Of a stretch of 43,420 nucleotides of DNA, positions 8,318 through 18,382 are shown piece by piece. The position numbers were made by a program, and so were the translations under genes. The stretch covers positions 1 through 43,420 of the forward strand of contig CADAAF010000010.1 in assembly GCA_902785805.1 (NCBI GenBank). The letters run 5' to 3'. This DNA comes from an uncultured Bacteroidales bacterium. Its GTDB lineage: Bacteria > Bacteroidota > Bacteroidia > Bacteroidales > Paludibacteraceae. Every line of letters starts with the position of its first letter. Position 1 is the first letter of the stretch. The notes beneath the pieces were generated by a model. It made no database searches. It worked only from the letters and a program-made list of their open reading frames with translations, and was not told the origin of the DNA.

Positions 8318-9307
8318 ATGCCGAAGGCGAAAAAATATATACTCCTATGTTGCTGTCTGTGTTTGTGCTGTAACCTTTTGCAGGCGCAAACAGACCCGCA
8401 AATAGGTCAATATATGTTTTTTCAGTCGTCGTATAACCCCGCAGCGGCAGGAAATGACGATATGATGAACATCGCAGGACTGCATAGGCTGCATACCACA
8501 GGCTTGAGCGATATGCCAATGACTACCTACTTTACAGTTTCGTCGCCATTCCATATCGCAAACACCAAACACGGCGCAGGCGTGCGCTTCCTGAACGATA
8601 TTTACGGACTCTTCTCCAATCAGTCGTTCCATGTAGAGTACGCCTACCGGCACAAAATAGGAAACGGATATTTAAGCGCAGGTATTGACCTTGGCTTCGC
8701 AAATATCAGTTTCAAAGCGGACAAAGTAAATCTTGATTCAATTGCTAACCTCGAGCAGGACGGCTTCCACCATAAAGCCACCGACGACCCTGCTATCCCG
8801 ATTGCTTCAGGCAAAGATGGCGTTACGGGTATGAGCTTCGATATGGCGGTAGGACTGTTCTACAAAGCACCACAGTGGTGGGCATCGGCAAGTTACAGCC
8901 ACGTCAATCGGCCTAACGTGGAGTGGAGCGACCGCGCGTTTATGACCCTCAACGGAACAATGTACCTTGCAGGTGGTTACAATTGGAAAATGCCCGGCAA
9001 AGAATGGGTACTCAAACCAAGTGCTATGCTGATGACCGACTTCGCTTCATGGGACTTGAACCTGACGATGCTTGCGGAAGTCAAACAACGGTATCGCTTC
9101 GGAGCCGGATACAGAGTGTTAGGTAGCATCAATCTGCTCTTTAGTGCAGATATAATAAGCGGATTGCAACTGGGCTACACCTACGAACTACCCGCTAACA
9201 GACTGATAAAAGGCTCCTTCGGAGCGCACGAATTATACTTGGCTTACCAGTTGGATATACTTAAGCCAAAACGGACCAACCGCTACAAGAGCATACGCTA
9301 CTTGTAA
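8318..9307 (+). CDS. porP: Type IX secretion system membrane protein, PorP/SprF family
   Basis: Signal peptide followed by QTDPQIGQYMFFQSSYNPAAAG, the PorP/SprF N-terminal signature. It lies directly upstream of gldK/L/M/N. Confidence 0.85.
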   Translation: MPKAKKYILLCCCLCLCCNLLQAQTDPQIGQYMFFQSSYNPAAAGNDDMMNIAGLHRLHTTGLSDMPMTTYFTVSSPFHIANTKHGAGVRFLNDIYGLFSNQSFHVEYAYRHKIGNGYLSAGIDLGFANISFKADKVNLDSIANLEQDGFHHKATDDPAIPIASGKDGVTGMSFDMAVGLFYKAPQWWASASYSHVNRPNVEWSDRAFMTLNGTMYLAGGYNWKMPGKEWVLKPSAMLMTDFASWDLNLTMLAEVKQRYRFGAGYRVLGSINLLFSADIISGLQLGYTYELPANRLIKGSFGAHELYLAYQLDILKPKRTNRYKSIRYL

Positions 9308-9394
9308 GTCGTTCGGAAGAAAATATATAAGGTGTCTTTATGACAACTTGAAATATTAATGATTAAGAAAATAGAAGTGACAAGAATTGATACA

Positions 9395-10849
9395 ATGAAA
9401 CTGACGAAAATTCTATCTGTTGTCGCAGTGGCGGCTGTATTAACTGCTTGTGCAGGTCCTGCCGGCGAATTGGTGGGAGTCAACAAAGCAGGTGACTTCA
9501 AAGAAGCTAACCCCTACGGAATGGTCTTTATCAAAAAAGGATCGTTTATGATGGGAGAAAACTCACAATCTGCTATCTTTGGTCAGCCCGACAACCCGTT
9601 TATGACAACCGTAAACGCTTTCTGGATGGACGAAACGGAGATCACTAACAACGAATACAAGCAATTCGTTAACTATGTGCGTGACTCCATCGCTTACTAC
9701 CATCTTATTTTAGGTCCCGGAATGGGCGGAGGTGACGAAGAGGAAGAAGACTACGAAGAAGGCGGCAACGCGGATCTCCGCGCACGCTTCGCTATCGAAG
9801 ACAAACGTTCAAGACAGGCGCAAGAAGAGGAAGAGTACGAGGAGGAAGAAGAGGAAGGCGCGGCAAAACGCGTTAATTTCCGTATCAACTGGAAAGCCAA
9901 AATACCTTGGAACAGCAAAGACCCGAACATCCGGCGTGCTTTGGCTCCGATGTACTATTCCGACGGTTCACTGCGCACTATCGACCTTCATTATCGCTAT
10001 GGATGGCGTAACTATGACCAGGCACGCCTGCTCAAAAACAAATTCGATGTGGCAAAAGGACGCTACCCGGATGGGGCTTCCGCACGCGTTGATACGTTCT
10101 GGATTGACGAAAAAGGTGAGATTTGCAACAAAACGATTGTACGCCCCCTGCGTGAACCCGATGACCTGATGACCTACAAAATCATTAGCATTTATCCCGA
10201 TACAATGATTTGGATTCGCGACTTCCAGTTCGCTTTCAACGACCCGATGATGAAAGGTTACTTCAATTTCATCGGCTACACCGAATACCCCGTCGTGGGT
10301 GTTACATGGGAGCAGGCACACGCTTTCTGCCACTGGCGCACCAAAATGTTCCAAGACCAATATGGCAAGCAGTCACATGACTATAGACTGCCTACAGAAG
10401 CCGAATGGGAATATGCTGCACGAGGTGGACGCAAAATGGCGATGTATCCCTGGGGCGGTAACTATGCACGCGATGCCAATGGTTGCTTCCTCGCTAACTT
10501 CAAACCCTATCGCGGTGCATATAACGACGATACGGGTACTATGACAATGCGCGTTGCCCAATTCAGACCCAATGATTTCGGACTGTTCGATATGGCAGGT
10601 AACGTCGCTGAGTGGACTTCCTCTGCATTCAATCCTTCTACCAATACTTACGTCAACGATATTAATTCCAATTTTGAATATATGGCTCGTAAGGATGACC
10701 CCGATATCTTGAAGTGCAAAGTCGTTAAGGGAGGTAGTTGGAAAGATATCTACTACTATTTGCAATGCGGTGTTCGTACCTATGAATATCAGTACGAAAG
10801 CCGTGCATATATCGGTTTCCGCTGCGTGCGCTCCTTCTTGGGAGATTAA
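9395..10849 (+). CDS. porK: T9SS lipoprotein PorK/GldK (FGE-sulfatase fold)
   Basis: Lipoprotein signal MKLTKILSVVAVAAVLTAC at ATG 9395. SUMF1/FGE-like motifs are present (GSFMMGEN, FWMDETEITNNEYKQFV, RLPTEAEWEYAARGG, GFRCV). It holds the conserved position before porL. Confidence 0.9.
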   Translation: MKLTKILSVVAVAAVLTACAGPAGELVGVNKAGDFKEANPYGMVFIKKGSFMMGENSQSAIFGQPDNPFMTTVNAFWMDETEITNNEYKQFVNYVRDSIAYYHLILGPGMGGGDEEEEDYEEGGNADLRARFAIEDKRSRQAQEEEEYEEEEEEGAAKRVNFRINWKAKIPWNSKDPNIRRALAPMYYSDGSLRTIDLHYRYGWRNYDQARLLKNKFDVAKGRYPDGASARVDTFWIDEKGEICNKTIVRPLREPDDLMTYKIISIYPDTMIWIRDFQFAFNDPMMKGYFNFIGYTEYPVVGVTWEQAHAFCHWRTKMFQDQYGKQSHDYRLPTEAEWEYAARGGRKMAMYPWGGNYARDANGCFLANFKPYRGAYNDDTGTMTMRVAQFRPNDFGLFDMAGNVAEWTSSAFNPSTNTYVNDINSNFEYMARKDDPDILKCKVVKGGSWKDIYYYLQCGVRTYEYQYESRAYIGFRCVRSFLGD

Positions 10850-10916
10850 AAAAAACTATACTTTAAAGCATATTTTAAACAACCAAAAAAAATAAACTTA
10901 AAAAAGTTTTAACATT

Positions 10917-11810
10917 ATGTCACAAGAAAAAAGAAGTGGTTTCATGGGTTGGTATGAATCCTACTCGGGCAAAAAAATCGTAAACATGGTTTACTGTTTG
11001 GGTGCATCAGTCGTTATTATCGGTGCATTGTTTAAGATCCTTCACTGGCCCGGTGCTTCACAAGTGCTTATGGTTGGTATGTTTACTGAGGCGTTCCTTT
11101 TCGGTATTGGTTGCCTTGATAAACCCCACGTGGATTTCCACTGGGAGGAAGTCTTCCCCCAACTGCTCGGTTATGGTGCTGAACCCGCAAAACTCGATGA
11201 ACTTGCCAAAAGACCTAAACCTACTCTGTTAGGTGATATGGGTGGTGGCTCTGCTGCCCCTGCCGGCAACTCGGTGGCAACAGCATTGAGCGACAAAGAT
11301 ATGGAAGCACTCAAAGGCGGTATCAATGACCTGGCTAAAACAGCCGTACAACTTGGTGAACTCGGTAAAGTGGCTACCGCTTCTGCCAAACTTGCAGAAA
11401 AAATGGAAGTAGCCGAACAGGCTACAGGACAATTCGCTACTTCTGCCGCTAAACTCGGTACACAAAGCGAAGCCCTCAATCAGGCATATATTAACGTCGC
11501 CAACGATATGCAAGGCGTAGTGGAAAGAACAAGAAACTATCAAAACGGAGTCGCTGAACTCGGCAACAAGATAGGTCAAATGAACTCTGTTTATGACCTT
11601 CAACTCGCTGCACTCCAACAGCAAAACGAACAAGTGAAAACGGCTACCGAACAGTTCAACCACGTGGCTGCCAACATCCAAAAAATGACTGCATCTACTG
11701 AAGAAGCCATGCGCAATCAGGCAGCTTACGAAGAAGGTGTTAAGAAACTGGCTGCACAAGTTACCGACTTGAACAAGATTTATGGCAATATGCTCACTGC
11801 TCTTGCCTAA
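10917..11810 (+). CDS. porL: T9SS motor component PorL/GldL
   Basis: Two N-terminal TM helices (IVNMVYCLGASVVIIGALFKILHW and VLMVGMFTEAFLFGIGCL) and a long coiled-coil C-terminus. Conserved K-L-M-N gene order. Confidence 0.9.
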   Translation: MSQEKRSGFMGWYESYSGKKIVNMVYCLGASVVIIGALFKILHWPGASQVLMVGMFTEAFLFGIGCLDKPHVDFHWEEVFPQLLGYGAEPAKLDELAKRPKPTLLGDMGGGSAAPAGNSVATALSDKDMEALKGGINDLAKTAVQLGELGKVATASAKLAEKMEVAEQATGQFATSAAKLGTQSEALNQAYINVANDMQGVVERTRNYQNGVAELGNKIGQMNSVYDLQLAALQQQNEQVKTATEQFNHVAANIQKMTASTEEAMRNQAAYEEGVKKLAAQVTDLNKIYGNMLTALA

Positions 11811-11910
11811 GCGTTTTGACTAACGGAAAATGAATTCGGATACTTAAAAATGTGAAAGTAATACGAAATATCCTTCCGTAATATAACAAACTGCAAATAG
11901 ATTATAAACT

Positions 11911-13503
11911 ATGGGTGGAGCAAAAAACTGTCCGGAAACCCCGAGACAAAAAATGATAGGTATGATGTACTTGGTGCTCACCGCTATGTTGGCGTTGAAC
12001 GTAAGTACGGATATTCTGAATGGTTTTGTGATGGTGGACGATAGTTTGTACTCGTCTATTACCTCTACCGAGGATCGCAACGCCAATATGTATAAGAACT
12101 TCAAGCAACAGGCGGATGACAAGCCCGAGAAATACACTGAACCCTATGCGGCTGCAATGGAGATGAAGCAGAAATCGGACTCGTTGTTCAACTATATTGC
12201 TAAGTTCAAACGCGATATGGCGGTTGAAGCCATAGGCGAAGAGAAAGTTTCCCAACACAATTACACAACAGGTTATGCTGTTCGCGGACTGGCTGGAACA
12301 AGTAATCTAGACGTAACGGGACAATACGGTATCGTGGAAGGTCACGGAGAAGAACTGCGGAAAAATATCGAAGAATATCGTGATTTCCTGCTTTCTGTTT
12401 TGGCAAAGAACACCAATCCGATGAGTCAGGCTGAAATTCACAAAATGACGGAGCAATTCAATATGCTCTTCACTTGTGACTCCCTCTATAATAACCACGA
12501 AGGTAAAATGGATACGTGGGTCAACGGTATGTTCGATGGTATGGTTCTCAATGCTACTATCACCGTATTGAGCAAGATGCAGAACGATATACGTGCTACC
12601 GAAAGTCAGATGATTCAGTACTTGATGGGTAATGCTGACGCAATGGACTTGCGCGTAAATAAATTGCAGGCGTATGTCATTCCTAAATCCGACTACGTAA
12701 TGCGCGGTGCCAAGTATTCGGCACAAATCATTCTTGCCGCTATTGACTCTACACAGCGTCCCGAATTCTACATCGGCAACGAACGTATCAACGATCAAGG
12801 TCTCTACGAAGTAGTGGCTACTGGTAGTGGTGAGCGCAAGTATAGCGGTAAAATCGGCGTTCTGTCCAATACTGGCGAAATGGATTATCTCCCTTTTGAG
12901 AGTTCCTATACCGTAGGCGAACCGTCTGCCACCATCTCCAACTTGGATATGAACGTTATGTACCGTGGCTACGACAACAAGTTCAGTGTTTCTGTCCCTG
13001 GTGTTAGTAACGATAAAGTGTCTGTTAGTGCTACCGGCGCATCCGTAACACGCAGCGGCGGAAACTGGATTATCAAACCTGGTGAGTCATCCAAAGAAGT
13101 TAAAGTCACTGTTTCTGCTAATATGGACGGTAAGCAACAACCGATGGGTTCTAATACTTACCGCGTTAAAAACTTGCCTACGCCAAGTGCATTCTTTGTA
13201 GTAGGTGGTGAGGCTAAGTTGGAAGGTGCCGTTGCCAAAAAAGCCGCTTCTGCCAACGATGCTATCGTTGAAGCAAGTTATGGTCCAGATGGTATCTTGG
13301 ACATCAACTTCAAGGTAGTAGGCTTTGCGATGCGAGTAGGTAGCAAAATCGAAGAATCTCATTCCGGAAGCCTCACGGCGGCACAAAGGCAACTTATCCA
13401 AGGTATGCGAAGCGGCGAGTCGTTCATCATCAATAGTGTCCGTGCTGTCGGACCCGATGGCAAAGAAAAACGCTTGAATACTATCGCAATGACCATTAAG
13501 TAA
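11911..13503 (+). CDS. porM: T9SS motor/periplasmic shaft component PorM/GldM
   Basis: The N-terminus MGGAKNCPETPRQKMIGMMYLVLTAMLALNVS is the GldM/PorM signature. Size of 530 aa and operon position also fit. Confidence 0.9.
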   Translation: MGGAKNCPETPRQKMIGMMYLVLTAMLALNVSTDILNGFVMVDDSLYSSITSTEDRNANMYKNFKQQADDKPEKYTEPYAAAMEMKQKSDSLFNYIAKFKRDMAVEAIGEEKVSQHNYTTGYAVRGLAGTSNLDVTGQYGIVEGHGEELRKNIEEYRDFLLSVLAKNTNPMSQAEIHKMTEQFNMLFTCDSLYNNHEGKMDTWVNGMFDGMVLNATITVLSKMQNDIRATESQMIQYLMGNADAMDLRVNKLQAYVIPKSDYVMRGAKYSAQIILAAIDSTQRPEFYIGNERINDQGLYEVVATGSGERKYSGKIGVLSNTGEMDYLPFESSYTVGEPSATISNLDMNVMYRGYDNKFSVSVPGVSNDKVSVSATGASVTRSGGNWIIKPGESSKEVKVTVSANMDGKQQPMGSNTYRVKNLPTPSAFFVVGGEAKLEGAVAKKAASANDAIVEASYGPDGILDINFKVVGFAMRVGSKIEESHSGSLTAAQRQLIQGMRSGESFIINSVRAVGPDGKEKRLNTIAMTIK

Positions 13504-13533
13504 GTGCTTGAATTTTATTAATATTATAATAAG

Positions 13534-14472
13534 ATGAATATGAAAAAGGTTGGTATATTGATTATGCTGTTGGTAGGAATATCGTCTGCCAATGCCCAAT
13601 TACTTCCGCAGGAAGTTCTCAACTTCTTTGATACCAATGGTACCATTCGGTTAGAAACACAGGAACTGGACGCTTCAGCGGATACATTGGTGACAGTTTT
13701 CCACCGTAAGGACGATGTGGTTTGGGCACGTGTGACTTACCGCATCATAGACCTTCGATACAAGCAGAACTACCAACTCTACTTCCCAACTGATCCGGAT
13801 GACCCTAAATATATGAGCCTCTTTCGACTAATCATTGATGCCGTATCTAAGGGTCTGCCTATCTATAACAAGAGTGACCGTACATTTGTCCCCTCCTTTA
13901 CAGAGGATATGCTGCTACGTCCCGAAAGATATCGGAACAGCACTGCTTTTATGGCTCTTGACAGCGAAGGAGAATACGACATACAGGACGATGAAACATA
14001 TCTTGTTAGTTATGACACCATCAACCGGCAGTTTATTACCAATTTCGACCGTTATTCTTTCTTTATCAAAAACCAAATCAAGTACTTGATTCAAGAGGTC
14101 ATATTCTTTGACAAGCATACGTCACGTTTGCATCGTCAGCTTATAGCAATCGCTCCGTTGCAACCCGATTTTACACAAGAGACAGATCCTATGAAGTTCT
14201 TGCAGAGCTCTATTCGCTTTTGGATTCTTTACTCGGATTTGCGTCCTTTCTTGGCTAAGCATTATATGATACCTTTCCAGAATGAGGTAAAACGTGTCAC
14301 TTTCGATGACTTCTTCCAAAAACGGTTATATACATCGTATTTGGTAGGCGAAACGAATATGTATAACCGAATGATTCTGGATTACGCCAAGGAAGAAGTT
14401 TCAGCCAAAAAGGAGCAGGAACGTATAGAAACGGAACTCCTCAACTTTGAACAAGACCTGTGGGATTATTAA
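13534..14472 (+). CDS. porN: T9SS ring component PorN/GldN
   Basis: Signal peptide MNMKKVGILIMLLVGISSANAQ, length 312 aa, and last gene in the conserved porK-L-M-N block. Confidence 0.85.
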   Translation: MNMKKVGILIMLLVGISSANAQLLPQEVLNFFDTNGTIRLETQELDASADTLVTVFHRKDDVVWARVTYRIIDLRYKQNYQLYFPTDPDDPKYMSLFRLIIDAVSKGLPIYNKSDRTFVPSFTEDMLLRPERYRNSTAFMALDSEGEYDIQDDETYLVSYDTINRQFITNFDRYSFFIKNQIKYLIQEVIFFDKHTSRLHRQLIAIAPLQPDFTQETDPMKFLQSSIRFWILYSDLRPFLAKHYMIPFQNEVKRVTFDDFFQKRLYTSYLVGETNMYNRMILDYAKEEVSAKKEQERIETELLNFEQDLWDY

Positions 14473-14481
14473 CAACAACTC

Positions 14482-14518
14482 AAAAAGAACAGGCTGAACA
14501 TCAACCTGTTCTTTTTTT
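14482..14518 (+). terminator. Rho-independent terminator ending the por operon
   Basis: AAAAAGAACAGG / CCTGTTCTTTTT stem (core 14487..14493 pairing with 14505..14511) with an 11-nt loop, running into a T7 tract. Confidence 0.75.
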
Positions 14519-14539
14519 GCTGATAAAGAGGAATCAGGA

Positions 14540-15403
14540 ATGAAGCAGAAAAAACGTTTTTTTAACATGTACCTTACCACTACTGTGAGCGTGGCAATGG
14601 TCTTGTTTCTTATCGGATTGGAGAGTATGGTGCTCCTCAGTGCCCACTATATGATTTCCAATCTGCGTGAGAATTTGGCTCTAACAGTTATCCTTGATAA
14701 CGATGCGGACTCTACTTCTGTCAGCCGCCTGCAAAACGTCTTGGAAGCGATGTCCGGTACTTCATCCTATACGTTCATCTCCAAGCAGCAAGCTTTGGAA
14801 GAGCATGTAACCAATTTAGGGGAAGACCCTACCAAGTTCCTCGGCTATAATCCTTTGTCCGATGCTTACGAACTTCACCTTCAGCCGGCTTATACCAATC
14901 AGGATAGTATTGCCGCTGTCACAGAAAAACTAACTGCCCTGCCGTATGTGAATCAGGTTCTCTATCAGGAAGATATAGTTAAGGTACTGGATCACAATGT
15001 GAATAAGGTCTCTTTGCTTCTCGGAGCGTGTGCCTTAGTCCTGTTAGTGATAGCCTGGATTTTGATTATCAACACTATTCGTCTTCATATCTATTCCAAG
15101 CGGTTTATCATAAATACGATGCGTTTGGTTGGTGCCAAGTCGTGGGTTATACGCCGTCCGTTTGTGGCGCGCTCTATGCGTATGGGGTTTGAAGCGGCAC
15201 TGCTGACGATAATAGCTTTGGTAGCGGTTTATTATTACGTTCGTCAGTCACTGCATATATCGCTCTTCCCGCTTACGGTTGAGAATATTGCCATTGTTGT
15301 TTTAGCTGTCCTTTTGAGCGGACTCCTTATTACTTATTTCGCATCCTTGGTGGCAACGGGAAGGTATGTGCGTATGAAGGTCGAAAAAATGTATGAGATA
15401 TAG
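14540..15403 (+). CDS. ftsX: Cell-division permease-like protein FtsX
   Basis: N-terminal TM helix, a periplasmic domain and three C-terminal TM helices. The pattern typical of FtsX is present (...INTIRLHIYSKRFIINTMRLVGAKSWVIRRPF...). Confidence 0.85.
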   Translation: MKQKKRFFNMYLTTTVSVAMVLFLIGLESMVLLSAHYMISNLRENLALTVILDNDADSTSVSRLQNVLEAMSGTSSYTFISKQQALEEHVTNLGEDPTKFLGYNPLSDAYELHLQPAYTNQDSIAAVTEKLTALPYVNQVLYQEDIVKVLDHNVNKVSLLLGACALVLLVIAWILIINTIRLHIYSKRFIINTMRLVGAKSWVIRRPFVARSMRMGFEAALLTIIALVAVYYYVRQSLHISLFPLTVENIAIVVLAVLLSGLLITYFASLVATGRYVRMKVEKMYEI

Positions 15404-15425
15404 TATCTGCTAAAAGTATAATGTT

Positions 15426-15641
15426 ATGAAATATAATCTCCCCAAACGGAATAGTATTTTGATAGCGGTCTCTTTTGTTGTCATTGTCATTGGTTTCGTA
15501 CTGATGATTGGTGAACCGAGTGGAGCCACGCAGTATAATCCTGACATCTTTTCTTTCCAGCGTATCACGTTAGGTCCGATGATTTCGCTGGCTGGTTTTG
15601 TGCTGATGGTTGTTGCTATACTTTGGAAAACGAAAGAGTAG
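15426..15641 (+). CDS. DUF3098-family small membrane protein
   Basis: 71 aa with two TM helices. It sits in the ftsX-DUF3098-uppP position conserved in Bacteroidetes. Confidence 0.6.
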   Translation: MKYNLPKRNSILIAVSFVVIVIGFVLMIGEPSGATQYNPDIFSFQRITLGPMISLAGFVLMVVAILWKTKE

Positions 15642-15649
15642 ACGGATAT

Positions 15650-16486
15650 ATGAATTGGTTAGAAGCATTGATGTTAGGTGTCGTTCAAGGATTGACAGAG
15701 TTCCTGCCCGTGTCGTCTTCGGGGCATCTGGAAATAGGTCAGACATTATTGGGAACGACATCGGAGGAGAACTTGATGTTCACAGTCATGTTGCACGTAG
15801 CCACCGTCCTTTCTACTATCGTCGTTCTGCGTCGCGAGATCGGGCAGTTGTTCATCGGTACGTTTACCACTCCCCGATGGAATGAAGACAAACAGTATGT
15901 GGTTCTGCTTTTGTTCAGTTGCATTCCTGTCTTTATTGTGGGTGTGTTCTTTAAAGACGACGTGGAGCAGTTTTTCGGAAGCGGTTTACTGTTGGTAGGT
16001 ATATGTTTGTTGGTGACTGCTTGTATGCTGTCACTCAGTGAATATCTAACCAAGCTTCGTGCGATGCAAACTAACGTAGCAGATGTGAAAGAGGGTCACG
16101 AAGTGGCATGGAAAGACGCTTTTATTATCGGTTGTGCGCAAGCGGTAGCTGTCTTGCCGGGATTAAGTCGTAGTGGAATGACTATTGCCACGGGTTTGCT
16201 GTGTGGCGTTAAGAAAGAGAGTGTGGCGCGTTTCTCGTTCCTTATGGTGCTTATCCCCGTGTTGGGCGATGCCTTGCTTGAATCGTTGGATTTGATCACA
16301 GGCAAGGCGACAGCTCCCGCTATAGGTTGGTTGCCGCTTACCGTTGGTTTTATGGCGGCATTCGTAACAGGCGGAATAGCGTGTCGTTGGATGCTGGCTA
16401 TTGTACGCAGGCAAAAACTAACCTATTTTGCAGTTTACTGTCTCGCTGTGGGTATCTTTGCTATTGTCTATCATTTTGTAGCCTGA
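15650..16486 (+). CDS. uppP: Undecaprenyl-diphosphate phosphatase
   Basis: The N-terminus MNWLEALMLGVVQGLTEFLPVSSSGHL is the BacA/UppP signature, and PGLSRSG is also present. ATG 15650 is chosen over the upstream ORF-track start at 15623. Confidence 0.9.
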   Translation: MNWLEALMLGVVQGLTEFLPVSSSGHLEIGQTLLGTTSEENLMFTVMLHVATVLSTIVVLRREIGQLFIGTFTTPRWNEDKQYVVLLLFSCIPVFIVGVFFKDDVEQFFGSGLLLVGICLLVTACMLSLSEYLTKLRAMQTNVADVKEGHEVAWKDAFIIGCAQAVAVLPGLSRSGMTIATGLLCGVKKESVARFSFLMVLIPVLGDALLESLDLITGKATAPAIGWLPLTVGFMAAFVTGGIACRWMLAIVRRQKLTYFAVYCLAVGIFAIVYHFVA

Positions 16487-16503
16487 TTAGTCGTCCCGTT
16501 TCA

Positions 16504-17208
16504 ATGGATTTTATAGAAGGAGAGATTATAGCGTTTGACAAACCATACCGATGGACCAGTTTCGACGTGGTAGGCAAAGCGCGTTGGTTGTTGTGCCATC
16601 GTTTGGGTGTCAGGAAACTTAAGGTAGGGCATACAGGAACATTAGACCCATTGGCAACAGGTGTCGTTGTGGTTTGTACCGGCAAGCAGACCAAGCGGAT
16701 TGACATTCTCCAACAGCATACTAAGGAGTATGTGGCGACCCTGCAATTAGGTGCCACCACGCCCAGTTTTGACCTCGAAAAGCCTATAGATGCTACATAT
16801 CCTACCGAACATATATCTCGCGAACTCATTGAACAGGTTATTCCGTCCTTTCAGGGTGAGCAGTGGCAGGTGCCGCCGATGTTCTCCGCCGTCAAAGTGG
16901 ATGGCAAGCGTGCCTATAAGTTAGCGCGTAAGGGTGAAGAAGTGGAACTCAAACCCAAGTTGCTCGTCATAGATGAGATTGAGATTCTTTCCTTTGACGC
17001 TGAGCGTATGCAGCTCATGCTTCGTATCGTCTGCTCCAAGGGAACCTATATTCGCGCATTAGCGCGCGACATCGGGCAACGATTGCATTCAGGAGCACAC
17101 CTGGTAGCCTTGCGTAGAACGCGCGTAGGAGATATAACGGAGAAGGACTGCATCACGATGACGCAGTTTGAACAGATGCTTGACCAAGCTGCTCATCCGA
17201 TTGAGTAA
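16504..17208 (+). CDS. truB: tRNA pseudouridine(55) synthase
   Basis: FDKPYRWTSFDVV and GHTGTLDPLATGVVVVCTGKQTK (with the catalytic Asp) are present. ATG 16504 is chosen because the ORF-track extension from 16327 overlaps uppP. Confidence 0.9.
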   Translation: MDFIEGEIIAFDKPYRWTSFDVVGKARWLLCHRLGVRKLKVGHTGTLDPLATGVVVVCTGKQTKRIDILQQHTKEYVATLQLGATTPSFDLEKPIDATYPTEHISRELIEQVIPSFQGEQWQVPPMFSAVKVDGKRAYKLARKGEEVELKPKLLVIDEIEILSFDAERMQLMLRIVCSKGTYIRALARDIGQRLHSGAHLVALRRTRVGDITEKDCITMTQFEQMLDQAAHPIE

Positions 17209-17243
17209 GTTGTTATTCAGTAATGTATATAAATTAAGATACT

Positions 17244-18347
17244 ATGAAATTAAGTCAATTCAAGGTAAATATCCCGGAGAGTCTTTTCGCCCAATACCCT
17301 CTCCCTTATCGTGACGATTCGCGTATGCTTGTCCTGCATCGCAAAACGGGGGATATAGAGCATAAAAGCATCAAAGACATCGTGTCTTTCTTCGATGATG
17401 GCGATGTGTTTGTGTTCAACGATGCCAAAGTGTTTCCGGCTCGTCTCTATGCCCAGAAAGAAAAGACGATGGCCAACATTGAGATTTTCCTGTTGCGCGA
17501 GTTGAACCACGATTTGCGTTATTGGGACGTGTTGGTGGATCCGGCGCGTAAGATACGTATCGGCAATAAACTGTTCTTGGATGAAGACCTAACCATTGTG
17601 GCGGAAGTGATTGACAATACAACCTCTCGTGGACGTACCGTACGTTTCCTGACCGATTACGACAATTCAGAGTTCTTGGACCGCTTGTACGAATTGGGGC
17701 ATACCCCGTTGCCCAAGTATATCCATCGTCCCTTGGACGAAGAGCGTATGAAAGACTATGAAGCACTTTTCCCTGACTATCCTATTGACGAAATGGATAT
17801 GGAGCGTTACCAGACTATCTTTGCCGACAAGATAGGTGCCGTAGCCGTACCTGCATCGGGTTTGCATTTCTCCAAGCAGTTGCTCAAGCGGATGGAAATA
17901 GCGGGTATTGATAGTCAGTTCCTCACGTCGTATGTCTCGTTAGGTAATTTCAAGACCATAGAGGTGGACGACCTGCCCAAGCATAAGATGGACTCCGAGG
18001 AGATGGTGATTGAACAGCCGTTGGTGGATGCTGTTGATCGTGCCCACGCACAGGAGAAACATATCTGTGCCGTGGGAACGGAAGTGATTCGTGCGCTTGA
18101 ACAAGTGGCAGGAACGGTAGGACAGATCAAACCGTATAACGGCTGGACGAGCAAGTTTATTTATCCGCCGTACGATTTTGCAGTAGCCGATTCTTGTCTG
18201 GTTAATCTTTATGCCAGTCAGTCTATTCAGTTGCTCTGTGTGGCTGCTTTTGGCGGTTATGAAGCAGTGATGGATGCCTACGAAGTGGCGGTTAGCGAGG
18301 GTTATCGCTTTGGCGATTACGGCGATGCGATGCTTATTATCGACTAA
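17244..18347 (+). CDS. queA: S-adenosylmethionine:tRNA ribosyltransferase-isomerase
   Basis: The N-terminus has the typical QueA pattern (PESLFAQYPLPYRDDSRMLVL), with ...GLHFS... and ...VGTEVIRALE... further on. Confidence 0.9.
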   Translation: MKLSQFKVNIPESLFAQYPLPYRDDSRMLVLHRKTGDIEHKSIKDIVSFFDDGDVFVFNDAKVFPARLYAQKEKTMANIEIFLLRELNHDLRYWDVLVDPARKIRIGNKLFLDEDLTIVAEVIDNTTSRGRTVRFLTDYDNSEFLDRLYELGHTPLPKYIHRPLDEERMKDYEALFPDYPIDEMDMERYQTIFADKIGAVAVPASGLHFSKQLLKRMEIAGIDSQFLTSYVSLGNFKTIEVDDLPKHKMDSEEMVIEQPLVDAVDRAHAQEKHICAVGTEVIRALEQVAGTVGQIKPYNGWTSKFIYPPYDFAVADSCLVNLYASQSIQLLCVAAFGGYEAVMDAYEVAVSEGYRFGDYGDAMLIID

Positions 18348-18382
18348 TCATTGTTCCCTCCTTTCTATATAGTTTCGTCGCA

